A stretch of DNA of 64,000 nucleotides from an uncultured Anaerolineales bacterium (GTDB lineage: Bacteria > Chloroflexota > Anaerolineae > Anaerolineales > UBA11858), in the NCBI GenBank assembly GCA_964582965.1, contig CAZOUN010000001.1, forward strand, positions 4,745 through 68,744. Direction: 5' to 3'. The notes beneath the pieces were generated by a model. The model saw only the letters and a list, made by a program, of their open reading frames with translations. It was not told where the DNA came from and did not search any database. Below are positions 61,663 through 64,000 of this stretch, one piece after another (position 1 is the first letter of the stretch; each line of letters starts with the position of its first letter). Position numbers and translations under genes: made by a program.

Positions 61663-62517
61663 ATGCGTACTTTCCCTGAATGTTATATCTGCATTTTGCA
61701 GCAAGCGCAGTCCGAAATGGATCTTTTGGATATTGATATCGAGATCCAGGTCGATGCTATGAAGAAGATGCTGCAGATCCTTGGCAAATCAGATGGGTCC
61801 GAGACTCCGCCATATCTATCCGACCAGCTCCACTCAATCCTTCGGGAAATCCCCGGCTATTCGAATCCCTACGCGGAAGCAAAGAGGAACAGCAACCAGA
61901 TTGCCCTTGGATTCCTGAATAAACTTCGTGACCTGGCAAAACAGGGGTCAGATCCGCTTGAACAGGGACTGAAGATTGGAGCAGCTGGGAATATTGTTGA
62001 CATTCTCAATGCTCGAGAATACCACCTTTGGGATGAGGTAGAGAATGTAATTCGTCAAGACTTGCTTGGCGGCGGACTTGGAAATTTCAGGAGGATGCTC
62101 TCTGAATCGTCCTATTTGCTGTATCTAGCAGATAATGCGGGGGAAACCGTTTTTGATAGGGTATTTATTGAAACTCTGGATATCCCTGTGATCTACGTTG
62201 TAAAGGGCGGTCCAATCTTAAATGATGCCACAATGGATGATGCCTTGGAATCTGGTATTAATCAGGTCGCAGAGATAGTGGATACGGGGTCAAGCGCACC
62301 GGGTACGATCCTGGAGATCTGCTCTCAGGATTTCAAAGACCTTTTCGACGAGGCACCTCTCGTGCTGGCAAAGGGACAGGCGAATTTCGAAACGATAGAA
62401 GAACAAGGGGAGAAGGTTTTCTATTTGTTGAGGGCAAAATGCCCTCTTATTGCAAGGGTGATTGGAGAACCCCACGGCAGTTTGATTTTGAAACAGAGTC
62501 CCCGTATTGCTATATAG
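61663..62517 (+). CDS. DUF89 / ARMT1-like damage-control phosphatase family protein
   Basis: 284 aa with N-terminal FPECYICILQQA, LADNAGETVFD and the AKGQANFET pattern typical of DUF89. Confidence 0.7.
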   Translation: MRTFPECYICILQQAQSEMDLLDIDIEIQVDAMKKMLQILGKSDGSETPPYLSDQLHSILREIPGYSNPYAEAKRNSNQIALGFLNKLRDLAKQGSDPLEQGLKIGAAGNIVDILNAREYHLWDEVENVIRQDLLGGGLGNFRRMLSESSYLLYLADNAGETVFDRVFIETLDIPVIYVVKGGPILNDATMDDALESGINQVAEIVDTGSSAPGTILEICSQDFKDLFDEAPLVLAKGQANFETIEEQGEKVFYLLRAKCPLIARVIGEPHGSLILKQSPRIAI

Positions 62518-62607
62518 GCCATCAATTTCTTTCCGGTAACATTTCAACGCAGCAACATTCAAAAACCTGTCTATTGGCCAAACATGTATGTCTTTTTTGG
62601 ATTAACG

Positions 62608-62642
62608 AGTCAGGGGCATATCAATTTGATATGCCCCTGACT
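62608..62642. terminator. Bidirectional intrinsic terminator between DUF89 and the PTS IIC gene
   Basis: Perfect 17-bp arms AGTCAGGGGCATATCAA (62608-62624) / TTGATATGCCCCTGACT (62626-62642). A TTTTTT run lies upstream and GTTTT downstream. Confidence 0.7.
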
Positions 62643-62670
62643 GTTTTAAATCAGCTGTTATTGTTGTGGA

Positions 62671-63948
62671 TTATCCACCGAATAATCTGCCGATCAAACT
62701 GATTAAGATTCCAACCCACTGGAAGTCTGCGTCACCATAGGTGGCGTTTTCAAGACCTAAACTTCCCATTGCGGGGAGCAGCAGAGCTGCGCCGAGGCTG
62801 ATGATTATGCCGTTGACAAAACCACCGATGATTGCGCCGCGCCGTCCGCCAAAGGCGTTACCGATCACGCCTGCACCGCCGCCCACGAAGAAGTGGGGCA
62901 CCAGGCCAGGAACAATCGCGGCCAAACCAATCGGGCCCATGATCAGCATCATAACTACACCTGCCACGAAGCTGGACAGGAAACCGATGATGACTGAATT
63001 GGCGCCAAAGGGGAATACCACAGGGATATCCAGGGCGGGTTTTGCATCGGGTACCAACTTTTCTGCGATTCCGGAGAAGGCGGGAACGATTTCCGCCAGG
63101 ATAACGCGCACACCGTAAATAACTACTGCCACGCCGGCTGAGAAGGTCAGGGCCTGGATGAGGAGGAATACGAACCAGTTAGTTCCTCCGCCGAGAGCGG
63201 CTCGGTCTGCACCAGGAAGGAAGAAAGCTGGCACCAGGAAAATGATCAGCATGATCAATCCGGTGGCAACCAGAGATTCTCGTAAGAAGCCCAATCCCTT
63301 CGGGAAATCCATATCTTCAGCACTGGTTTTTTCCGGATCGCCGCCAGTGACTTTGGCAGCCCAACCAGCAACGACATAGCTCAGAGAGCTGAAGTGGCCG
63401 ATGGTCCAATCATCGTTTCCGGAAACCTTAGTGGCCAGGTGCTGGGTCCATTTTGGAAGGATAACCTGCAGGAAACCTAAGACGATACCACCAACTAACC
63501 ATAGAACAACACCGTTCAAGCCAATCACAGAGAATGTAACAGCCAGAAGTGTGGCCATGTACAGACTGTGGTGACCGGTCAGCCAGATATATTTAAAGGG
63601 TGTAAAGCGGGCAAAAAGGATGTTGAAGATAAAACCCAAGACCATGATCAGAGCGGCAGCTTGTCCCACTTCACCCACCGCAATTGCTACGATGGCCTCA
63701 TTGTTGGGGATCACACCCTGAACATTAAAAGCTTGCTCAATCATTGGGCCAAGTATGTCAAGGGACCCAATGAGGGTGCCAGCGCCGGCGCCAAGAATTA
63801 AAAAGCCAATTGTTGCTTTAATTCCGCCCGCCAGGGCGTCTGAGAAGTTTTTATCTTTCAGCGCTAAGTATCCAGCAAAGGCGGTTAACCCGACCAATAG
63901 AGCTGGGACACTTAGAAAATCAACAAGTACTTTAATTACAGCAGACAT
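62671..63948 (-). CDS. ulaA: PTS ascorbate-type transporter subunit IIC (UlaA/SgaT family)
   Basis: 425 aa polytopic membrane protein. The N-terminus VLVDFLSVPALLVGLTAFAGYLAL...IKATIGFLILGAGAG follows the UlaA/SgaT pattern. AGGAGAT precedes the start. Confidence 0.8.
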   Translation of the reverse strand: MSAVIKVLVDFLSVPALLVGLTAFAGYLALKDKNFSDALAGGIKATIGFLILGAGAGTLIGSLDILGPMIEQAFNVQGVIPNNEAIVAIAVGEVGQAAALIMVLGFIFNILFARFTPFKYIWLTGHHSLYMATLLAVTFSVIGLNGVVLWLVGGIVLGFLQVILPKWTQHLATKVSGNDDWTIGHFSSLSYVVAGWAAKVTGGDPEKTSAEDMDFPKGLGFLRESLVATGLIMLIIFLVPAFFLPGADRAALGGGTNWFVFLLIQALTFSAGVAVVIYGVRVILAEIVPAFSGIAEKLVPDAKPALDIPVVFPFGANSVIIGFLSSFVAGVVMMLIMGPIGLAAIVPGLVPHFFVGGGAGVIGNAFGGRRGAIIGGFVNGIIISLGAALLLPAMGSLGLENATYGDADFQWVGILISLIGRLFGG

Positions 63949-64000
63949 TTCTATCTCCTAGATAATATTATTTGTTTAATTTCAACGCCGAGCGAACACT

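Noticed and set aside
1-64000. Search for CRISPR arrays, tRNA/rRNA genes, transposases/integrases and defence systems
   Set aside because: I saw no repeat-spacer periodicity, no cloverleaf-like or rRNA-like segments in the intergenic regions, and no ORFs with recombinase, nuclease or defence-type motifs.

Overview
Bacterial chromosomal window with mid-range GC by eye. I recognised no rRNA, tRNA, CRISPR array, transposase or integrase. All family calls come from motif and collinearity recognition by eye; no searches were run.

Positions 1-49,570 form one very large accessory-looking metabolic supercluster on two convergent arms. The plus arm runs 1-35,975 and the minus arm 36,078-49,570; they meet at a bidirectional terminator at 36,030-36,058.

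The dominant content is 11 paralogs of the MtmB (monomethylamine methyltransferase) family. All are uninterrupted ORFs with a sense codon where archaeal MtmB has pyrrolysine. With them are:
- 5 small DxHxxG corrinoid proteins
- one pterin-binding methyl-corrinoid:THF-type methyltransferase
- one URO-D-family methyltransferase
- one RACo-type reductive activase plus a MetH-activation-domain-like protein

Interleaved with these are N-heterocycle-type catabolic and uptake genes:
- 4 amidohydrolases (1 CodA-like, 3 MtaD/AtzA-like)
- 2 xanthine-dehydrogenase-family molybdenum hydroxylase sets (2 large, 2 2Fe-2S, only 1 FAD subunit)
- 2 BMP-family (nucleoside-type) ABC transporters
- 2 DUF606 half-transporters
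- 3 GntR/HutC regulators
- a stand-alone GGCT / allophanate-hydrolase-C-terminal-like protein

I interpret this as a multi-substrate, corrinoid-dependent demethylation system of unknown methyl donors. These are probably N-methylated heterocycles or amines, and the system appears coupled to ring deamination and hydroxylation. To my knowledge non-pyrrolysine MtmB relatives have no assigned substrate.

Positions 49,772-64,000 are ordinary core genes: degV, tex, lpd, surE, a HAD-IIA hydrolase, glk, tkt, ptsH, ptsI, DUF89 and a UlaA-type PTS IIC.
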